From: a virus
Virus record (IMG/VR): IMGVR_UViG_3300035180_000254
DNA length: 64,000 nucleotides
Reading direction: 5' to 3' (one strand)
The position numbers were made by a program, and so were the translations under genes. Under the pieces are notes generated by a model. That model was not told where the DNA came from, did no database searches, and saw nothing but the letters and a program-made list of their open reading frames with translations. Positions 30,301 through 37,509 of this stretch are shown here, in pieces. Each line of letters starts with the position of its first letter. Position 1 is the stretch's first letter.

Positions 30301-31315
30301 GCTAGCGTTCTTCAGCGGCATCGTGGACCCCATGGGCATCGCAGTCCGTGGTGGTGGTGTGGGCAACGCATGGAAGGCCTTCACCCGTGGCATCTCGGAG
30401 ATCTCCGCAGGCCTGAAGGGCACCGGCTCCAAGGACGCGGCCACGAAGTTGGCTGAGGACCTGGACGTGATCAGCAAGGCATCTCTGACCCACGCGCTGG
30501 GCGCGACCTACACGCAGGGTGTGGTGGGCGGCACGGCACGCAAGATCAACGACACGTTCTTTCGCTTCAACCTGATGGAGCAGTGGAACACCTCCATGCG
30601 CGTGGGCGCGACAGAGGCAGCACTGCAGTTCATCGCCAAGCACTCCAAGGGCGAGAGCGTCCACAGCGCACGCTACATGAAGGAGCTGGGCCTGAACCCG
30701 AGCGATGTGAAGATGGTGGATGGCCGCGTGGCTACCGGCACACATGAAGGTCTGAGCCTGGAGCAGGCAGCACGCATCAAGTCCGCTGTGAACCAGTGGG
30801 TGGATGGTGCCATGCTCCGGCCTGATGCCGCCGACAAGGCTGTGTGGATGTCTGACCCTCACTTTATGCTGATCAGCCACCTCAAGCAGTTCGTCTACGC
30901 CTTCCACCACACCATTCTGGGACGGGTGGTGCATGAGGCCAAGAACGGCAACTACAGCCCCGCGATGGCGCTCATGGGCTACGTGCCCATCATGATCGCT
31001 GCGGACGCGGCCAAGGGCTTCATACAGACTGGTGGCGGCGTGCCAAGCTGGAAGAAGGACTGGGGCGTGGGTGACTACCTGGAGAACGGCATCGAACGCG
31101 CAGGTCTCTATGGCGTGGGCCAGATCGGTCTGGACGCAGCACGCGGGAATTTTGGCTCGGTCACAGGTCCGAGCATTGAGCAGTTGGGTGACGCCATGAA
31201 GACGCTGGCCGGACGCGAGACCTACCAATCCTTCATCCTGCATTCGATGCCAGCGAATGCTCTGTATGCGAATGCGTTCGGCGGAGGAAAGGCGGACCCG
31301 ACTTTTGCGGAGTGA
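24350..31315 (+). CDS. giant virion-associated protein with two zincin-like HExxH motifs
   Basis: 2321-aa uninterrupted ORF. Gly/Ala-rich hydrophobic stretch near residues 95-150. HEVGH at 28262-28276 and HESMH at 29018-29032. It is the last gene of the late operon. Confidence 0.7.
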   Translation: MGILADALRSQAAATDDGPYQAPESEPSKGLRGGVASLSAQLNAFAGSAGRSAGLTNFADGRDEAVRRNLAEAQEADRAAATPTWDGVHDLRSGLNWAGYKAGQALPALVGGVAAGAAGAAAAPALGIGAGVGALAGSTLAFTPVNAGDIALRNPNSAFSTQLAGGAISALAENALPGALGGRLAGAGLREGATQAAKRTLSQTIQHQGAENILGQGAAMGVGEGVKQAASGQEYDDAAMKDAALGGAVMGIPLAGGHVAADVLTGTPVKGVNAIRDAAKAAKDRVSEATGTPGSPEVPEAPKSPSPLERMRKAFTPKEDDGLAKVAEGQPLNTENEIAGAAGQEANDKTAFEKVRASLSEMAEDVGISPEMRQSAKDTLDNLASHPSAVRMGATLASGWKAAKEKAEGLKDFVTDSVKDFNARQENPGGTDARITDKDSNTIDADAKEVKRSDDFSGERKVLTDVAAPWLQKNSPDTLNDPEAMKNVGELFRQVLHHTYTSDAPLPEGIKNGLFQHFGDDTTKLLDQMNAARGDTPPAQLVKHADQMGNLAADQKAFGSLKGMVQKALEENGHADSMDAGELTRHMMDWYARDPRNREGAGTDEFLVAKASNEARQVQDLMESTLGKHTKKIQKALESEILRQRGVHEEATAGRGRDLPDEDEHMYDEGEGDNNSSDPAMDRVQYGGGKSKNQPLYDPAKFKAENREGQNYGQQALYDAQAKHPDRKVAWKSEKELGVGKGREDHGFVVAEKLADSDGFQGQDYKRMAFNTKSYGGDKAHPSRIDVDGHTLDATKIERAGAKHMQRTGIAPEGDALARKNQALLHGISQLMIEHPEFKPSPDLVVRHTDGKPVTLKEIKGADTVGVRSSARTKAQETLDGMETHEIESIYRRNHNAIKEAEDKLREHVAGLVAQRESEIGAELPAWRARELKYELFKDKDLREHFGLNELESKGRTLSSELFKRERSDSAQDMLAKNGQQDIGEDANIHQIQSLKGSGNNGEHRITTNMDGTPRYTQTRSTGGGGEKARGHQGHEAVVDRGHELIAAVQAKTGLQSRTGNTLGHAMLQLSEHMDAMTPRERASLVAMTHHEATTDVIAKTLAPLQDKYLGADWKAPEPAKTAKGDVPKQSNLKDTKVQGPSNHELGSKADAPWEKVFGKDFGRGEAKPSETAAKSTRDLADKRNGSNLFGGNPDPKAVAAEKAASSGKSLERLQREFPDMALRRASPEEQAHIDGVLDRVKASLGDRMPEIQGIQVHDTNDQKFAGKAVTRESLHHIILNKQLFDDHTLFTGSLEGKVERAVAHEVGHLLDRELGNYSDNHDDFFRDGDLHGEIQAAMEKNGTLRQWYAQAMTTARNPQRELFSQSFALYQFNPEVMREVLPKTYEAIKALTERGSRGPAEAGRAGVQAEAGGGVSVQQARFTEAVRKGDPKVLEELKTSNDPKSLQRAVEALAGEEPTPEVMKATDVANARIAELLHANPDTAYGMQTKKYSLEGTLHERGSRSATEAVKDYLDRVTPWVRQQLDRFMPHAGEYDPAGVIRVAVNALNPRSTAYHESMHAFFHDLMTKGHGDVVDVLQKVADSPVVLAQMKQFFKDEIGVLRQLKNDPEERVAVMYQMWAQGKLNLAPKAEGLFGRIGQFLRGLIGHWTNEEHAEHIMNYFHSGEYAEDRLEPSVVAKALMSKNLTQVAAQIRTLAKPLTHLAEEVVGSGGQNLRDTNVPSLQRIAELVKKKYTDEGRDAGYIPASREAYTERANKLAGLVEGADESVQREALQALQTGKVPTSPEAKALHQGIRALLDEAHSYLTAAGVKLGDLGVGKDYFPRTWDPHYLSKNKEAFMDMARHYPEWHNPEETYNKLVAADGSELQVVGQPGMGSNKERVLSFISHEDAAPFMTKELLPIVSSYLQQATRKAEWARRFGGDNHRMNELLDQARREGATVRDIKNTERYIQAVNGTLGDDLNPTARRLMGDMIVYQNIRLLPLAFFSGIVDPMGIAVRGGGVGNAWKAFTRGISEISAGLKGTGSKDAATKLAEDLDVISKASLTHALGATYTQGVVGGTARKINDTFFRFNLMEQWNTSMRVGATEAALQFIAKHSKGESVHSARYMKELGLNPSDVKMVDGRVATGTHEGLSLEQAARIKSAVNQWVDGAMLRPDAADKAVWMSDPHFMLISHLKQFVYAFHHTILGRVVHEAKNGNYSPAMALMGYVPIMIAADAAKGFIQTGGGVPSWKKDWGVGDYLENGIERAGLYGVGQIGLDAARGNFGSVTGPSIEQLGDAMKTLAGRETYQSFILHSMPANALYANAFGGGKADPTFAE

Positions 31316-31340
31316 GTCTTAGGTTACGAAAGCCCGCTCT

Positions 31341-31435
31341 ATCTCTATATAGGAATAATTTCTTCTACTTAATACTAATTTAATTTTCTGTAATTGATAA
31401 TTTAATTTTATAAGTATAAGTATATAAGTATATAG
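31341..31435 (+). repeat. AT-rich island, left copy of an inverted pair (partner 61617-61711)
   Basis: Ordered blocks ATCTCTATATAGG, TCTACTTAATACTA, TAATTGATAA, TATAAGTATAAG and GTATATAG recur in the reverse complement of 61617-61711. Confidence 0.8.
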
Positions 31436-31444
31436 AGGGAGAGC

Positions 31445-31672
31445 TTACGTTTTGCGCAGGCCGGAAACGATCCAGGCTGCAGTGAGAGTGATGACCCAAG
31501 CAATCGCGCCGTACATGGCAATGAGCGCCGCTTCATGTTCGTGATGCAACGACCATTGTGTGCCGCAGATGAACGCGACGAAGCTGGCCCACAGGATGCC
31601 GAGTTTTGCGCTCGGTGTGGATGAGTAGAGGCTGAATGCAGCAGTGAGGGAGCCGATGGCCGTGAGTGTGAT
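31445..31672 (-). CDS. small 3-TM membrane-protein-like ORF lacking a canonical start codon (possible pseudogene or non-canonical start)
   Basis: The frame ending at TAA 31447-31445 reads ITLTAIGSLTAAFSLYSSTPSAKLGILWASFVAFICGTQWSLHHEHEAALIAMYGAIAWVITLTAAWIVSGLRKT, with strong GC at third positions. The frame is open up to 31714, with no ATG/GTG/TTG before a late CTG. Confidence 0.35.
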   Translation of the reverse strand: MTLTAIGSLTAAFSLYSSTPSAKLGILWASFVAFICGTQWSLHHEHEAALIAMYGAIAWVITLTAAWIVSGLRKT

Positions 31673-31814
31673 CGACGCATGGTTTCCATAGGTGAACCTA
31701 AATAGTTTGGGGCTTTACGCGGCCCAGTTTATTAAAAAGTGGGCCTGAACGCCAGATAGGTCAGCAAATAAGCTACCGGCATAATCTAAACTCTAAAGCA
31801 GATCGAATACGACC

Positions 31815-32201
31815 ATGGACGATTTTCAAAACTCACAGATACCGCAGCCACCAGTGGTGTTGCAAAACCGTCGGGTCAACGACCCGCTATCACCAGTAAT
31901 TGAACTGGTGAAACAAATTCACGCCAACCAGATCGCACTGGACGCAAAACTCTCTAAAGGTCTGGGCGACCAGACGATTGAGCTGGCTACAGCAATTGCC
32001 ACCCTCATGAAGGACAGCTTCCCTGAAGGCGACCCTGATGGGCACCGCCGCTACCACGAAGCCAGCATCAAAGCCGCTGAGGAGCGCGCCAAGTTCTGGG
32101 CAGAGCTGAAGGGCAGCGTCGTCAAGTGGGGAGTCGTAGGCGTCCTGACATTCATCGCAGGAGCAGCTTGGAAAGCATTCTTACTGGGACCTAAGCCATG
32201 A
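31815..32201 (+). CDS. membrane-anchored protein upstream of endolysin (holin/antiholin candidate)
   Basis: 128 aa with a single C-terminal TM (WGVVGVLTFIAGAAWKAFLL). ATGA overlap with the endolysin gene. Confidence 0.4.
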   Translation: MDDFQNSQIPQPPVVLQNRRVNDPLSPVIELVKQIHANQIALDAKLSKGLGDQTIELATAIATLMKDSFPEGDPDGHRRYHEASIKAAEERAKFWAELKGSVVKWGVVGVLTFIAGAAWKAFLLGPKP

Positions 32202-32815
32202 CACAACGTACCGCAGATGAATGGGCCGACATCCTCACCAAGTGTGGTGTGACCGAGCCGACTACCGCCCTATGGGCGCCGGTGTTCGCCGACGTGTTCA
32301 GCCACTATGACCTCAGCCAGGGTGACACCGAACTCGACGACTTCTTGGGTCAGGTGCTGCATGAGAGCGCACACCTGACACACCTGAGCGAGAACCTGAA
32401 CTACAGCGCAGAGCGTCTGATGGTCGTATGGCCTCACCGCTTCCCCACGCTGGAGATGGCCAAGCAGTTTGAGCACAAGCCCGAGCTGCTAGCCAACATG
32501 ATCTACGGCGGGCGCATGGGCAACGTGAACGCTGGCGACGGTTGGAAATACCGTGGCCGTTCGCCTATCCAAATCACCGGCCATGACAACTACGCCCACG
32601 TGGGCGACCTGATGGGTCAGGACCTGGTGAACATGCCTGAGCTGCTGGAGCAGCCGCGCTTCGCACTGGAGGCATGTGTCCTGTGGTGGGAGGCCTCGAT
32701 ACCGGATGACATCTTGGGCGACCCCGAGAAGGTCACTAAGCGCGTGAACGGCGGGCTCATAGGCCTGGCTGATCGTGAGCAGATCACCAACGAAGCACGG
32801 GAGGCACTGGCATGA
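32198..32815 (+). CDS. endolysin, glycoside hydrolase family 19 (chitinase-like lysozyme)
   Basis: LGQVLHESAHL, IYGGRMGN and YRGRSPIQITGHDNY match the GH19 signature [FHY]GRG[AP]xQ[IL][ST][FHYW][HN][FY][NY]. Confidence 0.85.
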   Translation: MTQRTADEWADILTKCGVTEPTTALWAPVFADVFSHYDLSQGDTELDDFLGQVLHESAHLTHLSENLNYSAERLMVVWPHRFPTLEMAKQFEHKPELLANMIYGGRMGNVNAGDGWKYRGRSPIQITGHDNYAHVGDLMGQDLVNMPELLEQPRFALEACVLWWEASIPDDILGDPEKVTKRVNGGLIGLADREQITNEAREALA

Positions 32816-33084
32816 GACTGAAGACATACCTGATTGCACTGGCCTTTATCTGGGCGTTCATCGCGTTCAGCAACAAGAGCCACGCACAAACACTCGACCC
32901 ACTCAAGGACTACCGCTATGCAGGACAAGTTGTACGAGCGACTGATGGAGCCACTGCCCGATCCGCCGTCTTCAATATGCAGTGGCTTCCCGACGCAATT
33001 AAATCAGCCAAGGGACCCTTTACCAAGGACCACTTCGAACGACGGGTCTATGAAGGCCACGCCCTTAGCAAAGGCTGTCCTTGA
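32812..33084 (+). CDS. secreted/periplasmic small protein
   Basis: N-terminal signal-like MRLKTYLIALAFIWAFIAFSNKSHA-Q. Confidence 0.55.
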   Translation: MRLKTYLIALAFIWAFIAFSNKSHAQTLDPLKDYRYAGQVVRATDGATARSAVFNMQWLPDAIKSAKGPFTKDHFERRVYEGHALSKGCP

Positions 33085-33085
33085 C

Positions 33086-33298
33086 ATGGAACCTATTCGC
33101 ATCAGCGATGTGGACATTCACCACCCGTTGCTTCTGCCGGAAGCACGTATCGGTTTGGCCTTATCAAAGGACAAGGTAGAGCACTACATCTCGAAAGGGA
33201 TGGTGAAGGAAGCACAGGGGGCGGGCAAGGTCACGATGATCATGTTCCAGGCCCTCATCGGTATCAACGACATCGACACAGGATGGGGAGAACTGTAA
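33086..33298 (+). CDS. hypothetical protein
   Basis: 70-aa ORF starting at an ATG just after the upstream stop; the track lists a longer out-of-context start at 32834. Confidence 0.5.
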   Translation: MEPIRISDVDIHHPLLLPEARIGLALSKDKVEHYISKGMVKEAQGAGKVTMIMFQALIGINDIDTGWGEL

Positions 33299-33660
33299 TG
33301 GGTAAATTTTTGAGCACCTTGGCCGTGGAACAGGTTAACCCTGACCAAGGTACGTGGCGGCTGACACAGCCGCTGTCCTTCCACTCGATCTTCGCTGGCG
33401 TCCTGACGGTGCCCGCAGGATTCGTCACGGACTTCGCTAGTGTGCCACGCATCCCGATCATCTTCGACGTGCTGGGCGACAAGGGCCAGGCCGCAGCAAC
33501 GCTGCATGACTGGCTCTACGCGAAGCCGCACCCGCTGGAGACCCGCGAGCGTGCAGACGAGGTGTTGAAGGAGGCCCTGATTGCTCAGGGCATGGACGAC
33601 GCCGAGGCATCACTGATGTTCCTGGGCGTGCGCCTGGGCGGGGAGAGCCACTATGAGTGA
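33298..33660 (+). CDS. DUF1353-like phage protein
   Basis: TAATG coupling. The motif GFVTDFASVPR...LHDWLY is typical of the DUF1353 family, as I recall it. Confidence 0.6.
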   Translation: MGKFLSTLAVEQVNPDQGTWRLTQPLSFHSIFAGVLTVPAGFVTDFASVPRIPIIFDVLGDKGQAAATLHDWLYAKPHPLETRERADEVLKEALIAQGMDDAEASLMFLGVRLGGESHYE

Positions 33661-33910
33661 ACGCAAATGGTGTGTGATGGACCTGGTGGTCGACCACCAG
33701 ACCGGCAAGCTGCGGGAGACCGCGCTATGGTCCAACATTGGCAAGGCCACGATGACCTGGGCCTTTATCTACACGGTCTTCTATGCCAAGGGCAGCTTCA
33801 GCGAGTTGCTGTGGGCTGCGTACGGCTCCATCGTGGTCTGCCACGAACTGGCCGCGCGCTACTTCAACCAGCAGCAACAGAAGCTGGACAAAGACACGCC
33901 CAAGCCATGA
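33653..33910 (+). CDS. holin candidate (two TM segments)
   Basis: 85 aa. TM1 ATMTWAFIYTVFYA, TM2 LLWAAYGSIVVCHELAA, and a charged C-terminus. Sits directly upstream of Rz. Confidence 0.5.
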   Translation: MSERKWCVMDLVVDHQTGKLRETALWSNIGKATMTWAFIYTVFYAKGSFSELLWAAYGSIVVCHELAARYFNQQQQKLDKDTPKP

Positions 33911-34398
33911 TCGCCGCGATCACCGCCTTCTTTGGCAAATTCAAGTATGTCTTCGACATCGCAGCCATTGGCGGGTTGATCGCAGCCCTTGCCGTGGGCA
34001 TACACCACTACGACGCAGGACAGCGCGCAATTGGAGCAGCCGACATCCAAAAGCGCTGGGACGCAGCAGAAAAGCTGCGCGCCGAGAACGAAGCCAAGGC
34101 CACCAAGCAGCTTCAGACCACTATAGACGCACAGCGGAGCCAGACCAATGCACAAATCACAACCCTCAATACTTCTCTCGCTTCTGCTATTGCAGGGCTG
34201 CGTGACCGCCCCACAAGGCCAGACGTGCCCAACCCTACCAGCTCTGGAACGGGATGCACGGGGGCACAGCTTTTCCGGGGAGATGCAGAATTTCTTGCAG
34301 GGGAAGCTGCCCGCGCAGACAGGCTCCAAGTCCGACTCGACGCCTGTTATTCAGCCTATGACAAGGCCCGTGAAGCCGTGAATGGCTCTAAGCCATAG
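33907..34398 (+). CDS. i-spanin (Rz-like)
   Basis: ATGA-coupled start at 33907. N-terminal TM (IAAIGGLIAALAVGI), followed by a coiled-coil periplasmic region. Contains an embedded lipoprotein ORF. Confidence 0.65.
   Translation: MIAAITAFFGKFKYVFDIAAIGGLIAALAVGIHHYDAGQRAIGAADIQKRWDAAEKLRAENEAKATKQLQTTIDAQRSQTNAQITTLNTSLASAIAGLRDRPTRPDVPNPTSSGTGCTGAQLFRGDAEFLAGEAARADRLQVRLDACYSAYDKAREAVNGSKP
34148..34381 (+). CDS. o-spanin (Rz1-like lipoprotein) embedded in the +1 frame of Rz
   Basis: MHKSQPSILLSLLLLQGC is a lipobox-like signal followed by a Pro/Thr-rich mature part. The ORF lies entirely inside 33907-34398. Confidence 0.55.
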   Translation: MHKSQPSILLSLLLLQGCVTAPQGQTCPTLPALERDARGHSFSGEMQNFLQGKLPAQTGSKSDSTPVIQPMTRPVKP

Positions 34399-34502
34399 AA
34401 ATCAGTCATAGCGGGCCGAAACCCGCATGCCTAGGGCCTTGCAGCGGTAACGAGGCACCTTGACATGGTGACCTGGGACCAGACCCGCACGGGCGCGCTG
34501 CT

Positions 34503-34528
34503 GCTGCGTACTCGGGTGAATACGCAGC
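34503..34528. terminator. hairpin in the convergent intergenic zone (possible bidirectional terminator)
   Basis: gctgcgta (34503-34510) pairs with tacgcagc (34521-34528), 10-nt loop. There is no clear U-tract. Confidence 0.3.
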
Positions 34529-34558
34529 GGGCAGCGGCTTCATGCAGGCCTAGTGACT

Positions 34559-35221
34559 TCACTGTAGCGCAACCTTCGGTGCGGTCAGTGCGTACTCAGC
34601 GCCGAGCACACTCAGCAGCTGTTCCGGGCCGTGTTCGGGGAACAGCTTCATGTAACGCTCCAACACGACGTTGTCTTCCTCGCCGTTCCACATCTTGCGG
34701 TACGTGCCTTCCTTGTAGCCATTGGCCTGGCGGAACAGGTTCAGCACGTTCTTGCCGAGGTAGATTTCGTACAGCCGGTCCCAGGTCAGGTCGAAGCGGA
34801 CCATGAGCTGGGCGAACGCCGGGCCGTTGAGCTGGCGCTGAATCGCCGCACTGCCAGCCAGCAGATCAATCAGCTTGCGGGTCTCCACACCTGTGATCTC
34901 GCCGAACGCGTCCGGGTCTTCTTCCAGCTTGGTGAAGTAGGCAGCGATCTCGGTGGCCGCAGCCTCGAAGTCGCCTTCGTGCAGCGCCAGGATGTGGCTC
35001 ATGGCGAAGTGCCAGATGTCCACCAGTTCCAGTTGCATCTGCCCTCGGGTGTAGTGGCCGTCAGCCTTCCACCATTTCCAGCCTAAGCCGTCCAGCATCT
35101 CGGCGGCTTCCATGTAGATGGCGCGATACCAGGAGTAGCCAGCGGCCATCCAGTCAGGGTTCACCACCTGGTTCAGCTTGTCTTGTAGTCGGAGCATGTC
35201 CGATATTTGTTGACGGATCAT
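34559..35221 (-). CDS. dimeric dUTPase / MazG-like nucleotide pyrophosphohydrolase
   Basis: Motifs WYRAIYMEAAEMLDGLGWKWWK and ELVDIWHF, as in the all-alpha dUTPase family. ATGA-coupled start at 35221; the track start at 35242 is an alternative. Confidence 0.6.
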   Translation of the reverse strand: MIRQQISDMLRLQDKLNQVVNPDWMAAGYSWYRAIYMEAAEMLDGLGWKWWKADGHYTRGQMQLELVDIWHFAMSHILALHEGDFEAAATEIAAYFTKLEEDPDAFGEITGVETRKLIDLLAGSAAIQRQLNGPAFAQLMVRFDLTWDRLYEIYLGKNVLNLFRQANGYKEGTYRKMWNGEEDNVVLERYMKLFPEHGPEQLLSVLGAEYALTAPKVALQ

Positions 35222-35646
35222 GCTGCGTTCTCGTTGAGCCACAGGATCAGACCGACCTTGTCTGTGGGCACGTCCACTTCAGTCTCAACGACTTCCTTGC
35301 GCGCGAAGCCCTCTTCATAGAGCGCAGCGCGGGCCTTCACGCCCTCAGCTTTGCTGCCGACCCAGAGGGTCTTGGTTACCTTATCGGCAAGGCTACCGGA
35401 TGCCTTGATTTTGTACAGTCTCACGTTTTTCACTCCTTGGTTAAGTGCCCTACGGGCGTCGCGGACCACGCCCAGAAGCGCGTGGTCCATGTCCTTGGGT
35501 GATACCGATAGCGCTATGTGGCGCGGCGGTACACCATCTCGGCTGACCGACAGCACGGTGTGCGTGCGCTGGCGCAGCACCTCCACCTTCACGTCATCTC
35601 CGAGGGCTTTGATGGCCAGTAACGCGCGACGGTGGATGGCTTTCAT
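35218..35646 (-). CDS. hypothetical protein
   Basis: 142-aa ORF. Confidence 0.65.
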   Translation of the reverse strand: MKAIHRRALLAIKALGDDVKVEVLRQRTHTVLSVSRDGVPPRHIALSVSPKDMDHALLGVVRDARRALNQGVKNVRLYKIKASGSLADKVTKTLWVGSKAEGVKARAALYEEGFARKEVVETEVDVPTDKVGLILWLNENAA

Positions 35647-35659
35647 TGCGTAGTCTTAT

Positions 35660-36265
35660 TTAGATTTTAGATTTGACGGCTAATTCAAACGAAAGCTTTT
35701 GCACATTCATTCGGTGATAAGTTCGCTGGTATGGAATTTTGAGTTCTCGGCACCACTGCGCCAAAGACTGCTTTTTTCCTCGGTATGCAATAAGCCTGAC
35801 GTTGCACCTGTTGTTCTGCACTGCACACGAGGACCATACGCAATTGGCTTTTGAGTACCCTAAGTTTCCGTCGACGCGGTCAATAGACATGCCCACAGGA
35901 CGCTCGCCCATATCGCGAAAGAACGCTTCGAATGAGTCCCACTCAGGTGCCACAGCAATACCGCGTCCACCGTAGTTGGGGTATGAAATGTGGTTAGGGT
36001 TGGAGCAGCGTGCGCGCATTTCCTGCCAGGTCCTGTATGTCCGGCTTACACCCTTCATGTGTGACGCATGTCCGTGGGCGGGAGAACCTATGCGCCATAT
36101 GCACCCGCAGGAAGTCGTCCGCCCTTGACGCAGCGCGTCACCAGTTACCACTTTAAGCCCGCCGCACTTGCACTTGCATACCCAGGCAGCTTTGCCACCC
36201 TCAGGCAATGCAGGTGCCATGACAGTTAGCTTCCCATAGGCGTTACCCAGCTCGTCTTTAGCCAT
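35660..36265 (-). CDS. free-standing homing-endonuclease-like protein (zinc ribbon + YGGRGI family), paralog of 43665-44405
   Basis: YGKLTV, CKCKCGG...SCGC, ARCSNPNHISYPNYGGRGI and DRVDGNLGY blocks. GAGG RBS before the ATG at 36265. Own AT-rich upstream region containing TATAAT. Confidence 0.7.
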   Translation of the reverse strand: MAKDELGNAYGKLTVMAPALPEGGKAAWVCKCKCGGLKVVTGDALRQGRTTSCGCIWRIGSPAHGHASHMKGVSRTYRTWQEMRARCSNPNHISYPNYGGRGIAVAPEWDSFEAFFRDMGERPVGMSIDRVDGNLGYSKANCVWSSCAVQNNRCNVRLIAYRGKKQSLAQWCRELKIPYQRTYHRMNVQKLSFELAVKSKI

Positions 36266-36295
36266 ATACACCTCGTAATAAAAGAATCGGATCTA

Positions 36296-37171
36296 TTATA
36301 AATCTAATTTAGACCTTAGACCTTTAAACGAAGGGTGGCGAGGTAGGTCCTTGCGCCCGATGGGGAAGTGGTTGTACGAGACCAGCGCACCGATTGGAGG
36401 GTTTATCCACATCTGTATCCGGTCGGCTTCAGTAAATCCGGTCCCAATATGAAACTCGACCCCACTGTTTATGTCGCGTACGTGAAGAGCGCCCATGCGT
36501 CCCTTACCGACTTTGTTTTCTTTGTGGCTGCTACGTTTGGTGCGGCCCAGCTCGTTGGTGGTAGCTTCGTTGCCGTTGTGCATCTCTTCGACGACGCCGA
36601 GAACGACGCATTCGTCGGTGAGCATGCGCTTCACCTTCAGAAGGAAGCCCTCCTTGGCGGTGCTGCGGCCGAACTTGTAGGGCGAGTCAGGGTGGCGCAG
36701 GATCACGCCCTCATGGCCAGCCTCTAACGCATTGGCTTCGAACTTATTCAGAGATTCGATGTCGTGGACGGCCACTTGCTCCAATGCCATCAGACGAACA
36801 CCCGCGCCACTGACCGTGCGCAGCATGCGCTTGTAGCGGTCGTAGAAGGGGCGGTCTTCGACCTTGTCGAACACGTAGAAGTTCCAGTCCACGTCCTTCT
36901 TATTCTCGGTCATGACACCACTAACCGTGTCACGGTAGCAAGTGGGGCTGTTGGTCGGTCCGACGATCAGCTCGCCGTCCAGACCCTCAAACGAGGCCTT
37001 GCTGAGCACCGCGCTGATGTGCATGTTCGGGATAGGCTTGAGCGAACGGCTCAGGAGCTGGCCTTTGCGCACGATGGCGCGGATACCGTCGAGCTTGATT
37101 GACGCGAAATACCCAGCACTCCAGTCCAGCATGTCAAGGTCAGCGTTAGTTGCGAGCATCGGACGAAACAT
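36296..37171 (-). CDS. ATP-dependent DNA ligase
   Basis: Motif I IKLDGIR, motif III LDGELIV, motif IV EGVILR, motif V LLKVK. Confidence 0.85.
   Translation of the reverse strand: MFRPMLATNADLDMLDWSAGYFASIKLDGIRAIVRKGQLLSRSLKPIPNMHISAVLSKASFEGLDGELIVGPTNSPTCYRDTVSGVMTENKKDVDWNFYVFDKVEDRPFYDRYKRMLRTVSGAGVRLMALEQVAVHDIESLNKFEANALEAGHEGVILRHPDSPYKFGRSTAKEGFLLKVKRMLTDECVVLGVVEEMHNGNEATTNELGRTKRSSHKENKVGKGRMGALHVRDINSGVEFHIGTGFTEADRIQMWINPPIGALVSYNHFPIGRKDLPRHPSFKGLRSKLDL
36301..36312. promoter_or_regulatory. ATCTAATTTAGA site (copy 2), next to a TATAAT box upstream of the endonuclease gene
   Basis: The minus strand reads ggtctaaattagatttataatagatcc, about 25 nt upstream of the 36265 start. Confidence 0.45.
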
Positions 37172-37237
37172 GTTTATTCCTTTTCGGGGTAGTTAGTGAT
37201 TTTCGAGCGGCCACCCCACCAGTTAGGTCTACTCGCT

Positions 37238-37471
37238 TCATTTCTTTTTTCCTGCGTTGTAAGCACCCATGACGCGCAGCGCCTTGGTGCTCAAGGGGTC
37301 TCTGAATTGGGCCTGGGCCACAACGGCGTTGAGTGCCTGCGACACCTGGCCTTTGATCTCGATGGGCATGATGTTCATACGCCAAACCTTCTTGGTCAGG
37401 TCATAGACCTCGTAGAGGCCCCAGCCCTGTCGTGCGGCCTCGGCCTTTTCGCTCGGTGTTAGATCGGACAT
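37238..37471 (-). CDS. hypothetical protein
   Basis: 77-aa ORF. Confidence 0.6.
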   Translation of the reverse strand: MSDLTPSEKAEAARQGWGLYEVYDLTKKVWRMNIMPIEIKGQVSQALNAVVAQAQFRDPLSTKALRVMGAYNAGKKK

Positions 37472-37509
37472 AGAGTTTAGATTTCAGGTCAGCGCCAAAG
37501 CGCGTGAGG

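Noticed and set aside
24350-31315. The giant ORF as an N4-type virion RNA polymerase.
   Set aside because: I could not find single-subunit RNAP motif A/B/C-like sequences in the expected order. Only zincin-like HExxH motifs were recognisable. This needs a profile search to settle.
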